A stretch of DNA of 63,981 bases, filler included, from Licmophora abbreviata (GCA_900291995.1; 9 parts of 9 records of this genome joined end to end with filler, not necessarily neighbours in it), one strand, 5' to 3'; positions 11,471 through 22,744 are shown, counted from the first letter of the whole stretch. The notes: a model not told the origin generated them from the sequence alone. Numbers and translations are program-made.

Positions 11471-13441
11471 TCATCCAAACTTCGCTTCCACATCCTTCTT
11501 GACGTCCCAGTGGTTCAGACAGGCGTCAGCACCGACGGACACGAGCGTCATTCGGTCGTTGCGGAGAAACTCCAGACCCGTTACACCACCCCGGTGAGAA
11601 AACCGATAATGAACGCGTTTCATCTTTTTGGCGAGACTCCAGAAGTAGATGGAATCATCCGCGCCGGCACTGGCTAGTACGCTGTCGTCTGGCGACCATG
11701 CCAAGCATGTGACGCGCTGTGTGTGAAAGCACCAACGGGATTTTCCAATCAAGGCCTTGTAGTCCTCTGCCAGGTCCCAGACGCACACGTCGCGGACATC
11801 TCCCGAGGCCAGCTTCGACTGGTCATTTGACAAGGCCAAGGCATGAACGGGTTTCAAGTGCCCATTCTCAATAACATGCGCTTGGCTCAGGACGAACGAA
11901 CTAGAAACCGCGTATACATAAATCTGGCAGTCACTGCCACCCACGTAAACTGTCGAATCGTCCTTGGATACACATACTGACAATGCGTCGTAGTCCACTG
12001 GAAAAAATGGAGAAACTACGGCGCCGTCCTTCAAGAGAAGTAGCCCGCCCACGGTCACCACCGCCACCAGATTCGTACCACACGATATAGCCGCAGGTTG
12101 CGCGTCCAGTACGATATGCTCAGATCTGACAACAGCATCAGTTCCAGAGATGCGAACCGTATCATCCCACCCAGCGCTTAGCAAGTCGCCATTCGCCGCA
12201 ACCGTGAGGCATGAGATCGCAGCTCCACCATGCACTTTATCCAATCGATCGTCATTCGGGGACGTTTGGCAGCGGCCCAGTGCCTTTCCTTCTGTGTCCC
12301 ACTGCACCATGACGCCGTCCGTATCCGCCGTGTACAGAAAGCCCCGCTCGTGATCGATCGCCAGTCCAGCAATCGATGCCACGTGACCAGTACGAACCTC
12401 GACCTCGTCTCCCTGCAGGAGAAACAACTGGCCGCTCATGCCTACAGATACAGGAATATCATCCTTGATAAAAGTACACCCCAGCTGCATTGCTCCAATC
12501 GGAATCTTGTCTTCAGACGAGGCCCCCGTCACGTTCCATGTGCGAAGCAAATTCAAGGAGGACACACCGACACCCCATAGCTTGACTGTTCCGTCGGCCG
12601 AACACGTGACAAGCTCTGTGCTGGTCGAGTTCCACGCACAAGCATAAATACTATGCTCATGAGCGTGCTCCTGACGACAAATCAGTTCCATGGTCTTGCC
12701 ATTGTACAGACACAGGCTCTTGTCTGCACCGCCTGCTACAGATGCCACGTAGTCGTCATTGGGCGCATACCTCACGCAGTGCACGTGTGCCGTACTTCCA
12801 TGCGCATCGTCACACGCCTCCGACCCAAACACACGGTGAAATGGAGGGCCACTGTGTAGAAAACACTTGCCATCGTCTTTGCCGCTCGTCACGAGTCGCA
12901 TAGGACGACTCTGCTTGATGGCACAACTACTACTACGTCCACGCGAATGCTGCGTTAATTCACCACAGCTCACACCTGTATCCCACTGAATGACTCGAGC
13001 GCATTCACTGCTAGCGTCACTTCTCTCGCCCACGACCACAATCCGCTTTCCATCGCCATCCCAGCACAAGTCCCGGATCGGTCCATGCAACACCACCAGA
13101 TCGAGCTTGCACAAGTGCTCCTCTTGATCATACGACCAGACTCGCAGCTTGCCACGCTCATCCGCCGACGCGATGTATGCCCCAGAGGGACTAAACTTGG
13201 CGCACGTCACATTCGCCATGTGCCCGCGGTACACGAAGGACTTGAGGGAGTCTAAGCGTCGTACCACAACAAGACGGCCACTGCCGTAGACGAGAACGGA
13301 TTCATCATTCGCGTTCTTCAGTGTCTTTCCATCCAGAACTACCGGCTCTCCACGAGTGGTGGAGGGGAGGGGTGGTACGCACACCACCAAGGGTGCGTCG
13401 GGGGGAACGCATGAATTGGAAGCGTCGACCGACAATGCCAT
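11471..13441 (-). CDS. AIP1: WD40-repeat actin-interacting protein 1 (AIP1/WDR1)
   Basis: PSTTRG, CAKFSPSGAYIASAD, WDTGVSCGE, HSGPPF and WCFHTQRV motifs; ~14 WD repeats. Confidence 0.88.
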   Translation of the reverse strand: MALSVDASNSCVPPDAPLVVCVPPLPSTTRGEPVVLDGKTLKNANDESVLVYGSGRLVVVRRLDSLKSFVYRGHMANVTCAKFSPSGAYIASADERGKLRVWSYDQEEHLCKLDLVVLHGPIRDLCWDGDGKRIVVVGERSDASSECARVIQWDTGVSCGELTQHSRGRSSSCAIKQSRPMRLVTSGKDDGKCFLHSGPPFHRVFGSEACDDAHGSTAHVHCVRYAPNDDYVASVAGGADKSLCLYNGKTMELICRQEHAHEHSIYACAWNSTSTELVTCSADGTVKLWGVGVSSLNLLRTWNVTGASSEDKIPIGAMQLGCTFIKDDIPVSVGMSGQLFLLQGDEVEVRTGHVASIAGLAIDHERGFLYTADTDGVMVQWDTEGKALGRCQTSPNDDRLDKVHGGAAISCLTVAANGDLLSAGWDDTVRISGTDAVVRSEHIVLDAQPAAISCGTNLVAVVTVGGLLLLKDGAVVSPFFPVDYDALSVCVSKDDSTVYVGGSDCQIYVYAVSSSFVLSQAHVIENGHLKPVHALALSNDQSKLASGDVRDVCVWDLAEDYKALIGKSRWCFHTQRVTCLAWSPDDSVLASAGADDSIYFWSLAKKMKRVHYRFSHRGGVTGLEFLRNDRMTLVSVGADACLNHWDVKKDVEAKFG

Positions 13442-13656
13442 GGTCAAAGCCGCACAAAAGTGTTGCATGAATCGCGAAGTCGTGCCGTCGATCTGACCTT
13501 ATCTCTATATACCATCATGAATACCTATTATTCAGCGACTCTTTTTCGCGCGATAGTTGGCGCGATCACGAGCTACGACGGCCACGAATTTTTGGACGCC
13601 CGCAGCTTCCGGAGTAAGAACGAAACCATCAAAACAACCGAAGAGCGAGATTCACC

Positions 13657-15603
13657 ATGACGACAACGGCTGATCAAGGAGCCGCTGCTACGAAGCAGAT
13701 GCCGCATAAAGGCATGTCACGGGCTGCCAAGAAGCGTGCCAAGAAGAGGCGAAAGGAACAGAAAGTGGCGAACGGGCCAACAAGTTTCGAAGATGGGTCG
13801 TCGGATCTTGACGACGAGCCAATCAATGGGGCGGCGCACAAACATGAGAAGTTGCATGCAGCAGAACGTGCCACAAAGAAGACTAAAAGAGACGCACCCG
13901 AAACGCAAGATCTGGGGTCTCCCGGCGAAGTATCAGAAGAAGCGGGCACACATTTTGATGACTTGGTGCACGGCCTCGTTTCGAAATTGACACCTGCCCA
14001 GATTTTGCTCCTCGAGGATACTCCAGAAGAAACAGCATCTCACGGCGATATCGAAATCAATCTACACGAGCTGCTTCACAATGAAATCACTTCACATCAG
14101 CGTGCACATGCCTTGTTGCAGTCGCTTCTTGAAAATTCCATCGAGCTATCTGATTTCTACAGTGAGCATTGGGAAGAAAAACCTCTACACATAGTTGCCC
14201 AGAACAAAGCGCGATTTCAGAATTTGTACATGGCACTGTCCGAAATTCGTCAGCTACTAGAAACACAGCCCTTGTACTATGGAAAAGATTTGAATGTCAC
14301 CCGATACGATGAAGCGCCAGATGGCGTCAAGCGTCGTATCACTCTGGATCCGGTGCGAGAAAGCAAAGAATCTGAAGATGACGACGACAGCTTTGTTCTC
14401 GCCGACGCTAGGGATGTTTGGACAAATTATGACGAAGCAAGATGTACGATAAGATTGCTATGTCCTCATCAGAATTGTGACAATCTACATGCTCTACTCT
14501 CAACTTTGGAACTCGAGTGGGGCTGCATGGTGGGTGCTAATGTGTACTTGACGCCTCCACAAGCCTCACAGGGATTTGCACCCCATTACGATGATATTGA
14601 AGCGTTTGTTTTACAGTTGGAAGGGTACAAGCACTGGAAAGTGTATGCACCACTTCACAAAGCGGAGACTCTGCCGCGTGTCAGCTCGAACGATTATACA
14701 GAAAAGGATCTGGAGGGAATCGAACCAGTGTTGGATGTCGTATTGGGACCTGGAGACTTGTTATATATGCCGAGAGGATGGATTCATCAAGCATGCACTC
14801 TAGAGGACAGACAGCATAAGAATCAGCACTCGCTGCACTTGACCATTAGCTGTATGCAACAGTGGTCGTGGGGTGAATATCTAGAGCTGCTCATACCGGA
14901 AGCAATGGAAGCCGTGGCGGCGAGTGATCTCACAACGTCGTTGCGCGAAGGTCTCCCACTTCGCTTCTTGGACTACATGGGGGCAATTCATGATGACGCC
15001 AATGAAGAGGAACTCCCGGAAGGTCTGAAAGAGCTCGTGGAAACATCCAAGAACGAAGAGAGTTCTGATGTTGATAAAGATCTCTCTGGTCGAGCCGGGC
15101 AAGTCCGGGTGCTAAGAGAAACGTTTCGTGAGGAGGCCAAGAAACGCATTTTGCGAGTGAGCAGGGAGGCCCTGTCCATGTTAGATGCCGCATGTGATCA
15201 GATTGGCAAGCGGTTCCTGTCGGATCGACAGCCTCCAGCCTTCACGCCCTCGGAAATGGAGAAGACCAGTGAGAATCGATCTGAGAATCGCGGAAGGATA
15301 TGGGTCAACACGATGGTGCGACTCGCGAGACCAGGCATTGCACGACTTGCAGTAGAGGACGGAAAAGCCGTGCTGTATCACTGCGTCGACAACTCTCGCG
15401 CCTACCAAGGCAACCCGCTGAGTCCGATGGAATTTGAAATGGACGACGCACCGGCACTAGAGATGCTTTTGAAAACTGTCGAGCCACATTGGATTCAGGT
15501 GCAAGATCTGCTACACGATGAGGCCGAAGACAAGATGGAGCTGGCACAAACACTTTACGATGAAGGGATTCTTGCAATGATGCAGGCAGAAAGTCAAACC
15601 TGA
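13657..15603 (+). CDS. NO66: NO66/RIOX1-type JmjC ribosomal histidyl hydroxylase/demethylase
   Basis: GANVYLTPPQASQGFAPHYDDIEAFVLQLEG, GDLLYMPRGWIHQA and SLHLT motifs; basic NLS near N-terminus. Confidence 0.9.
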   Translation: MTTTADQGAAATKQMPHKGMSRAAKKRAKKRRKEQKVANGPTSFEDGSSDLDDEPINGAAHKHEKLHAAERATKKTKRDAPETQDLGSPGEVSEEAGTHFDDLVHGLVSKLTPAQILLLEDTPEETASHGDIEINLHELLHNEITSHQRAHALLQSLLENSIELSDFYSEHWEEKPLHIVAQNKARFQNLYMALSEIRQLLETQPLYYGKDLNVTRYDEAPDGVKRRITLDPVRESKESEDDDDSFVLADARDVWTNYDEARCTIRLLCPHQNCDNLHALLSTLELEWGCMVGANVYLTPPQASQGFAPHYDDIEAFVLQLEGYKHWKVYAPLHKAETLPRVSSNDYTEKDLEGIEPVLDVVLGPGDLLYMPRGWIHQACTLEDRQHKNQHSLHLTISCMQQWSWGEYLELLIPEAMEAVAASDLTTSLREGLPLRFLDYMGAIHDDANEEELPEGLKELVETSKNEESSDVDKDLSGRAGQVRVLRETFREEAKKRILRVSREALSMLDAACDQIGKRFLSDRQPPAFTPSEMEKTSENRSENRGRIWVNTMVRLARPGIARLAVEDGKAVLYHCVDNSRAYQGNPLSPMEFEMDDAPALEMLLKTVEPHWIQVQDLLHDEAEDKMELAQTLYDEGILAMMQAESQT

Positions 15604-15638
15604 CTTTTGTGACGAACTTGTACACGAGTATTAGTAGT

Positions 15639-16609
15639 TTACGTATTGTATTGAAACCAGCTGAATGCCCATGGTCCTATCATCCATCCGCCAAGAATCG
15701 TTGTCAGGGCCACGCTCACTAGATTGACTTGTTCATTGTTGAGTATCGGCCTTCCTGAAACATGTTTGGTTCCAGCTGGCAGGTTCATGTCATGGTGATA
15801 GATTCGCTTCGAGTCACTATCCCAATAGGAGGCTTGCACAGTCGCGCCCAAAACTGAATCAATCACAGATCCTAGCAACCCACACATGCCGCCAAAATTA
15901 ATAGTTTGCAGCACTGCGAGTGGATACGTTCCACTCAATGCGTCCATGCCCAAGTGTCCCAAGGCCATCAGCCATCCACCGGCAGCGCTAAATAAGAAAC
16001 CTTCCAACGTAACTCCCCCGTTTGTGCCCGGAGGCACGAGTCTCCACGGATTCGTGATCAAGACGGGCATTCTCGGAGTCAGTATTCCCATTTCGGATGC
16101 CAACGTATCGCCCAGACATGTGCAGTGATGGGCCAGAATAGCGCAGGTCAAGGACGAAGCCAAGGGCGATTTCGTAAAGTCTGCCGACGAGCAGAGAAAC
16201 CGGTGTTGTGTCAACAGATAGTCATAACGACACAGCTCCGACCATGATGGCAGGATACATACGTACCGATAGCTGCTTCTGCTCCACAGCACCAAACTCG
16301 CACTAGCGACAGCACCACCGCAATCACCGAACATGCAAGCACCTGCGTGGGCCCTCGGACACTGCCTGTTTCAACGGTCGCATCTCGATCCTTCTTCAAT
16401 TCCTTGTTGTACTTCGTGGCAATGCTACCAATCTGATAAAAGAAAAGGAGCACGAAGCCTCGTAAGCCTGTCGCGACGCTCAGAAATCCCACCACCCAAG
16501 CGGCCATGCCACCCGTTTTCGAAAGCGACTGTCGCCGGACGCCACGGCGGGCCAGAAAAGTCGCCACGAGGAATGCTAATGTCAATGACGGTACCGCGAA
16601 GGGTTTCAT
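15639..16609 (-). CDS. TMEM19: TMEM19/DUF92 integral membrane protein; intron 16181-16266
   Basis: SLSKTG, RGPTQVLA, GDTLASEMG, VPPGTNGGVT, GSVIDSVLGATVQ and NEQVNL motifs; GT-AG intron restores the frame. Confidence 0.88.
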
Positions 16610-16867
16610 GATGAAAGATTTTGACGCTAATAGAGAGTGCAAAGGGGGGGATAGGCACGTTGGTAAGGGACAAGACGACTCGACTCGTTTGGCGCCGTCA
16701 TCATGGTCGCATCGGCTGGGACAAGAAAAACGAAGCATCATTGGCATCAGTCAGACACGGGGTCATTGAAATCGAATATCTTTCACCCACAGACACTCGT
16801 GCTCACAAAGATACGACGCGGCGCGGCGCGCCAAAACAGAACCTTCGATGGCCCTTCTGGAACGACC

Positions 16868-18016
16868 ATGATGTTCCGTCACTACGCGGTACTGGCGTCA
16901 CTTCTAGCAACTGCGTGCGTTGAAGCTGCCATAGTGAAGCCAAGGATGTGGAAAACCAAGCTGACCACTTCGTTTCCATGCAAACTTCCGATTCTGGGTG
17001 CTCCCATGGCAGGCGTCTCGGGCGGCCTCTTGGCGGCCGAAACGGCGAGAGCGGGGGCACTGGGCTTTGTCTCAGGAGGATACCTTCTTGATCTCGAGGG
17101 CATAGAGAAGCAGATTGAGATCTTTCAAGAGCATGTTCCTCCGAAGGCGCCCCTCTGCATTGGATTCATATCGTACGCAGCCCTTGGAACGACTGAGGCG
17201 TGGACTCGATTCGAAACGGTATTGCAAAAGTTCACACCTCAAGTAGTACAATTCTTTGCTCCTTCCATCATGAGGCATCCAACGAAGACTCATTTGAACA
17301 ACGTACAAGTCGCCCATGCCTACAATTGCCAAGTCTTGGTACAGGTGGGTAGCCTGGAGGAAGCACAAGAGGCGCTCGATGCCGGAGTGGACGGCCTGAT
17401 AGCACAGGGAAGCGAGGCCGGTGGTCATGGTTTGCGTCGTGAATTGGGCAGCGGGACGCTGCCACTAGCCGCTCGAGTTGTATCTCTGGCAAAATCTCAA
17501 CGACCCGAAATTCCCATCTTGGCGGCCGGTGGTATTGTAGATGGACGTGGTGTAGCGGCCGCCCTGGCGTTGGGATGTGACGGGGCCGTGCTGGGGACGC
17601 GACTTTGGGCATCCAAGGAAGCGTTGGGGCACAAGTCCTTCAAGGAGAAGCTGGCTTCACCACAGATTGGTCCCGATGAAGTTGTCCGTACGACTGCGGT
17701 GGATCAGATCATGAACACGTACATTTCGACACCGTGGCCGGCGCCATATGATTCGGTTGGGGTCATTCAAAGCACAACGTCAGAAGAATGGGATGGTAGA
17801 TCATCCCAACTAGCAGCAGCATTGTCATGTGATGGTTCTAGCGTCGCCGCAGACTACAAGAAAGCCAGCGTGCAAGGAGATGCGCTGGTCGCTTGTGTTC
17901 TGTCGGGGAAGGGCGTGGGAGAAATTCAGTCGATCGAGCGTGCCTATGACATCGTTCAGAAGATCGATGAAGAGACGATCTCCACTATAAAGAGTCTTTC
18001 CCAGCTTGTAGAATGA
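16868..18016 (+). CDS. Nitronate monooxygenase / 2-nitropropane dioxygenase-family flavoprotein with signal-like N-terminus
   Basis: PILGAPMAG, AQGSEAGGH and AAGGIVDGRGVAAALALGCDGAVLGTR motifs. Confidence 0.88.
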   Translation: MMFRHYAVLASLLATACVEAAIVKPRMWKTKLTTSFPCKLPILGAPMAGVSGGLLAAETARAGALGFVSGGYLLDLEGIEKQIEIFQEHVPPKAPLCIGFISYAALGTTEAWTRFETVLQKFTPQVVQFFAPSIMRHPTKTHLNNVQVAHAYNCQVLVQVGSLEEAQEALDAGVDGLIAQGSEAGGHGLRRELGSGTLPLAARVVSLAKSQRPEIPILAAGGIVDGRGVAAALALGCDGAVLGTRLWASKEALGHKSFKEKLASPQIGPDEVVRTTAVDQIMNTYISTPWPAPYDSVGVIQSTTSEEWDGRSSQLAAALSCDGSSVAADYKKASVQGDALVACVLSGKGVGEIQSIERAYDIVQKIDEETISTIKSLSQLVE

Positions 18017-18259
18017 GATGAAAATATAAGCTACAATTATCACAGCTAAAGACTTCTTGCGCTTCGTACGCGTAAGTTAGCCTGTGCTCAACTCAATTCG
18101 AAGCTCACGCGCCTCTTCTTCCTACAGTAGTCGATTGAGTCGTTTTTCGAGGCGACGGACAGATAGGGATCCAATGTCAGTCGTTGTGAGCCAATGAAAT
18201 CTCGGCGCGTGGACACCACAGCTGTTGAAGTGCGAAATCATTAGCTTAGGAGAGAAGAA

Positions 18260-18277
18260 CACGTAGAACTCTACGTG
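18260..18277. promoter_or_regulatory. Inverted repeat CACGTAGA-ac-TCTACGTG ~75 bp upstream of GSIII
   Basis: Perfect 8-bp arms, each with an ACGT core; function inferred only. Confidence 0.35.
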
Positions 18278-18351
18278 AGGGGTACTCGCTCGAGAAAAGA
18301 TCTTTTCAGCCTTGCAAGCCCACAAAACACCGCCGCCGCTTGTGGTGAACC

Positions 18352-20849
18352 ATGCTCGCCTCTTCAGCCGCTGCTCGAGTCTTGGGGCGCCGTGCCTTGG
18401 CGCCCTCCGCCCTTGGCGGAATTCGGGGACTCGCTTCCCTGGAAGCTTACTCGGAATACGGAAAGCACCTATTCACGGGGTCTGTCGCCGACCAGTACCT
18501 CAAGAAACATGGTGCCGATGGATCGATCCTGAAGGATCCCAGCTGGGTCAAGACTCACGCTGATGTCGTTGCCAACGCTGTTTTCGACTGGTGAGTAACT
18601 TAAAAGATTGTGAGGCGGAGAAAGGTGACAAATGGAGCCGCCTTTTCCGTCACGTTGCGAAGAGGGATCCGCTTTTCAGGATACGAACCGCGCAAGATCT
18701 TTCAAGGATCCGTTTGCAGCTTCGGGTTTGCCTCTGTAGAACAATACTGAATCTATCGTAGGATTATTAACCGTCAGATAACGGTGTGGTCCAAACTTCC
18801 GCTTCTTCTGTGGAAGTTTTGTCGGTTCGCGTTTTGCAGCTTTGCATGCACTTGCAGCCTCGGGTTTTCGAATACGTCTTACCAACCGATCATCGGTACT
18901 TGAGCTCACCCAAGGTTTCCTTTCAATCTCTACTTCTAATTAGGGCAATTGACAATGGCGCCAATGTGTATTGCCATTGGTTCCAGCCCATGGCTTCGAG
19001 TGGAGTCCGTCACGGTTTGTCTGGTCAGGTTCAGAACATTATGTTGGAGTTTGACACTGAGACCAACGAGGTCAAGAAGGATTTCAAGGGAAAGACGCTT
19101 GTCAAGGGAGAGACGGATGGATCCTCTTATCCCAACGGTGGTCTCCGTGGAACTCACCAGGCCGGTGGGTACCTCGCCATCGACACCTCGTCCCCCATTT
19201 TCCTCCGCGGGGACACCATCTTCATCCCCTCTGCGTTTGTCTCCTACTACGGAAAGGCCCTCGATGAGAAGACCCCGGTTCTTCGCGCCAATGCGGCCTT
19301 GAACAAGCATGGAAGTCGTCTTCTCTCCGGGCTTGGACTCGATGTGTCGAGTGGTCTTCGCACAAACATCGGTCTCGAGCAGGAGATTTTCTTGATCCCT
19401 CGCGAGGCCTACTACAAGCGCCCCGATCTTCAGTTTACCGGCCGTACCGTCATTGGAAGGGACGCTCCACGTGGACAGGAAATGTGCGATCATTACATGG
19501 CTCCGCTCTCCACTGGTACCCCCGCACTTGCTTGCATGCAGGAGATCCAGGACGAGTGCTGGAAGTTGGGTATCCCGCTCAAGACTCGTCATCGTGAGGT
19601 TGCTCCTAACCAGTTTGAGTTCGCCCCTCTTTACGGAACAAATACGACGCAGATTGACCAGAATGTTATGGTAATGCAGATCATCGAGGAAGTCGCTCCA
19701 CGACACGGCCTGACGGCACTTCTTCAGGAGAAGCCCTTCAACGACGTCAACGGATCGGGTAAGCACAACAACTGGTCCATTGCTACAAACGATGGAGTGA
19801 ACCTCCTCGATGCTGAGGCCGTGACGAAGGCTACCGGCAACCCGCACGCATTCTCTGTTGTCATGGCTGCCATCATTGCTGCCGTCGATGAGCACGGTGA
19901 TTTGTTGCGCATGGCCATTGCCTCGCCCGGTAACGACTTCCGTCTTGGTGCTTGCGAAGCTCCTCCTGCCATTGTGTCGACGTACCTTGGAGATGACATG
20001 ACGCAGTACTTGGAAGATTTCAAGAAGGGAAGCGTGCACTCGTACGACCCCGGTAAGAAGACTCTTGACCTTGGAACGTCAGAAGTGCTCCCTTTTGAGG
20101 TGCCCGCAGAGGACCGCAATCGCACGTCTCCGTTCCCTTACGGTGGAGGGCGCTTCGAGTTCCGTGCCGTCGGGTCGTCTCAGAACGTCTCCATGGTCAA
20201 CACGGTGCTCAACACCATTGTTGCCGAGAAGTTCGCCGAGTTTGCTGACCGCGTCGAGAAAGGCGAGAAGGCTGAGGATGTTGCCCGCAAGGAGCTCGAG
20301 GCTCACTGGAAAGTCGTATTCAATGGGGACAACTACGACGAATCCATGCAGCAGATGCTGACGGATCGCGGAGTGTGGCGTATCGACTCTGGTGTTGAAG
20401 CCATTGCCCAGCTGACTGCTGACAAGAACATTGCACTCTTTGACAAGATGGGTGTGCTCACCAAGGAAGAATGCTCGGCCCGCCAAGACGTCCTCCACGA
20501 GCACTACACGGGAACTGTCGAAATGGAGGCTCTTGCCTTGATCGACATGCTCAACCAGCACATTATTCCGTCCGTGAAGAAGGCCGGTATGGATTCTTCC
20601 GCTCTCCTGGCAGATGTTGCGACGATCAAATCCGCTGTGGCCGAAATCCACGCCGCCGACAGCTCGTACAAGAAGGCCCAGCTTGCCCGCGTCCTTCGTC
20701 TTGAGACCATGATTGACATTCGCGAGCACTGTGATACCGCGGAAGGTGAGGTACCTGCTGACTTGTGGACTCTTGCCACGTACAAGGAGCTCCTCTTTTT
20801 GGATTCCCACATGACTGGTCCGGTGGAGTACTATGAGGACCAGGACTAG
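18352..20849 (+). CDS. GSIII: Glutamine synthetase type III, mitochondrial; exons 18352-18590 and 18944-20849
   Basis: YCHWFQP, GETDGSSYPNGGLR, GLEQE, HREVAPNQFE, NGSGKHNNWS, RLGACEAPP and DRNRTSPF motifs; Arg/Ala-rich transit peptide; GTGAGT...CTAATTAG intron joins W|AIDNG. Confidence 0.96.
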
Positions 20850-21233
20850 AGATGTCATGGTTTGACATTCGTGTCTCTGTCTAAGCGTTTCAAGATTAGG
20901 ACGGTTTGATCAATTTTAACAAGCAGTTTTTCGTGTTTTGGACATGGGGCATTATTTGGTTATTGGTATCAGAAATAATGGAAACGAGTCTGCCCATGAC
21001 ATTTCACCATCCGGCTATTTGATGTAGCGTGTGCCTTGTGTGGGGTTTCACTCCCCCCGTGTTTGACCGTGGAGAGTTTGTAGTCTCCTCGGACAGAGCC
21101 TTCTGCGTGGCTTCATACAGCAGTAAGAAACCAAGCTGGGGGCAATATACAAGGAGATACCTGGTGCAATGCGTTCAACTGTGTTGATCGCAGGGTGAAG
21201 CAGTCCGATCGAGGGTATCGTACCATATCTTCT

Positions 21234-21247
21234 CTAGCACGTGCTTC
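21234..21247. promoter_or_regulatory. Candidate B12-responsive palindromic motif CTAGCACGTGCTTC upstream of CBA1
   Basis: AGCACGTGCT palindrome ~150 bp 5' of the ATG; resembles the motif recalled from diatom METE/CBA1 promoters. Confidence 0.5.
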
Positions 21248-21394
21248 GACGAACGCGGCGTGCACCGTATCTTTCCATCGGTACAAACTCCGTAGAATCC
21301 TACGTACGATTCGTAATGTGTCGCCCAGCCCTCACATTTTGGGCGTCGGCTTCGCAGTTTGACATTACTTTTTCGCTCAACCGGTACCGCGACA

Positions 21395-22744
21395 ATGAAA
21401 ATACTTTACGCACTTTCTGCTCTTTCCACCATTCTTCCCCTGTCTCTCGGGATCACTGTGTCCTCTAATCCGTCGGGATGCTTGGATCCATCGGACGTTG
21501 AGGCTGGAACGGACTACTTCCCTGACAAAGTCGATGCACTCTCGAGTGAGTTTTGGGATATCGCCTACCATGACACGTACAAAGTGCTCCGGAACGAAAT
21601 TCAGGATCAATCGTACTTGCTCTATCAGTGCGGTACAGAGCCTCCTGCAGACGAAGTGGCGTCGGGAGCCTATGCCGCCGTGATTTCGGTCCCACTTGAG
21701 GATGGAGTGGCGATCACGCAGACTACCATGGTTCCTCATCTCGAACTGCTCGGACTGCGTGACCAGATTAAGGGTTACCTGGGCTTTTCCCAGTATGTTT
21801 CTTCCCCGTGTCTCAATCAGTTGATCGAAGCCGAAACTGTACAGGTCGTGGGGAATACGTCTGATCCGGTCGCAGTCGGAGAACTGTTGACTACTGCCGG
21901 GAGTGACTTGGTGGCCTTCAAGACTGCCTTCGATTCGATTGTCGAGATCGAGAACCAGGTTCTCATCTCGGAGTTCCGCGAGACGACCAACGCAGGCACG
22001 TATGAGTGGAACAAGTACTACGCAGCCTTCTTCAACCTTGAGGGTCTCGCCAACGATCTTTATGATCAAGCGACGGAACGTTACGAGTGTATCGCCGAAA
22101 AGGCTGCTCTGACCGAGAGCGACGCCGCCATGGAGAAGCCTGTTGTCCTCTGGGCGTATTACAGTACGTTCTCCAACGCGTGGGACGTGGCGGAGTGCCC
22201 AAACTACTTTTGCGAGTTCGCAGAAGTTTGTTCGGCGACTCTTCTCAACTCTCGCGAGGGAACTGGAGGAGTCCAAGGTGGGACCAACAAGCTCATGACC
22301 CTGGAAGAGTTCGTCGAGTTTGGCAAGGACGCCGACCACTGGATCTTCAACAGCTTTGACTGGGAAACAATTTACGCCGACAACAAGGATGCTCTTGACC
22401 AGTTCAAGGCAGTTCAGAACCAGGAGGTGTTTGACTATCAGGGATCTGGACAGAACTCTTGGTTCGAGCAGCGTCTTGTGGAATTCGATGTGGTCGCTCA
22501 AGACTTCTGTGCCGTTGTTGGCACCCAACCCCAGGACCCGTTCCATCGGCGCCTCTATTTCCGTAACGTCTTTTTGGAAGACGTTGGCACCGCGGGAGTG
22601 TGCACGGATGTAGATGCACCCCTCGAACAGAGGGCAACCGAGTGCACGATTGTCCTGCAAGACAACGGCGGTACCTCGTCTGCTGCAACGGTTGGGACCT
22701 TGTTTAGTGCTGTCGCCATGGCCATCGCAGCCGCGTTGCTCTAG
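21395..22744 (+). CDS. CBA1: Cobalamin acquisition protein 1 (periplasmic-binding-protein-like), secreted, likely GPI-anchored
   Basis: Signal peptide; DYFPDK, TYKV, YLLYQCGT, AAFFNLE, KPVVLW and NSWFE motifs typical of CBA1; hydrophobic C-terminal tail. Confidence 0.8.
   Translation: MKILYALSALSTILPLSLGITVSSNPSGCLDPSDVEAGTDYFPDKVDALSSEFWDIAYHDTYKVLRNEIQDQSYLLYQCGTEPPADEVASGAYAAVISVPLEDGVAITQTTMVPHLELLGLRDQIKGYLGFSQYVSSPCLNQLIEAETVQVVGNTSDPVAVGELLTTAGSDLVAFKTAFDSIVEIENQVLISEFRETTNAGTYEWNKYYAAFFNLEGLANDLYDQATERYECIAEKAALTESDAAMEKPVVLWAYYSTFSNAWDVAECPNYFCEFAEVCSATLLNSREGTGGVQGGTNKLMTLEEFVEFGKDADHWIFNSFDWETIYADNKDALDQFKAVQNQEVFDYQGSGQNSWFEQRLVEFDVVAQDFCAVVGTQPQDPFHRRLYFRNVFLEDVGTAGVCTDVDAPLEQRATECTIVLQDNGGTSSAATVGTLFSAVAMAIAAALL

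Noticed and set aside
18936..22660. Long antisense ORFs over GSIII, CBA1 (and the desaturase, 7544-8455)
   Set aside because: Expected shadow of strong codon bias in highly expressed genes; no protein-like motifs
16868..22744. NMO-GSIII-CBA1 co-oriented run as a nutrient-acquisition cluster (and distant MOT, MgtC)
   Set aside because: Functions are unrelated (N versus B12) and adjacency in a gene-dense eukaryotic genome is weak evidence without synteny
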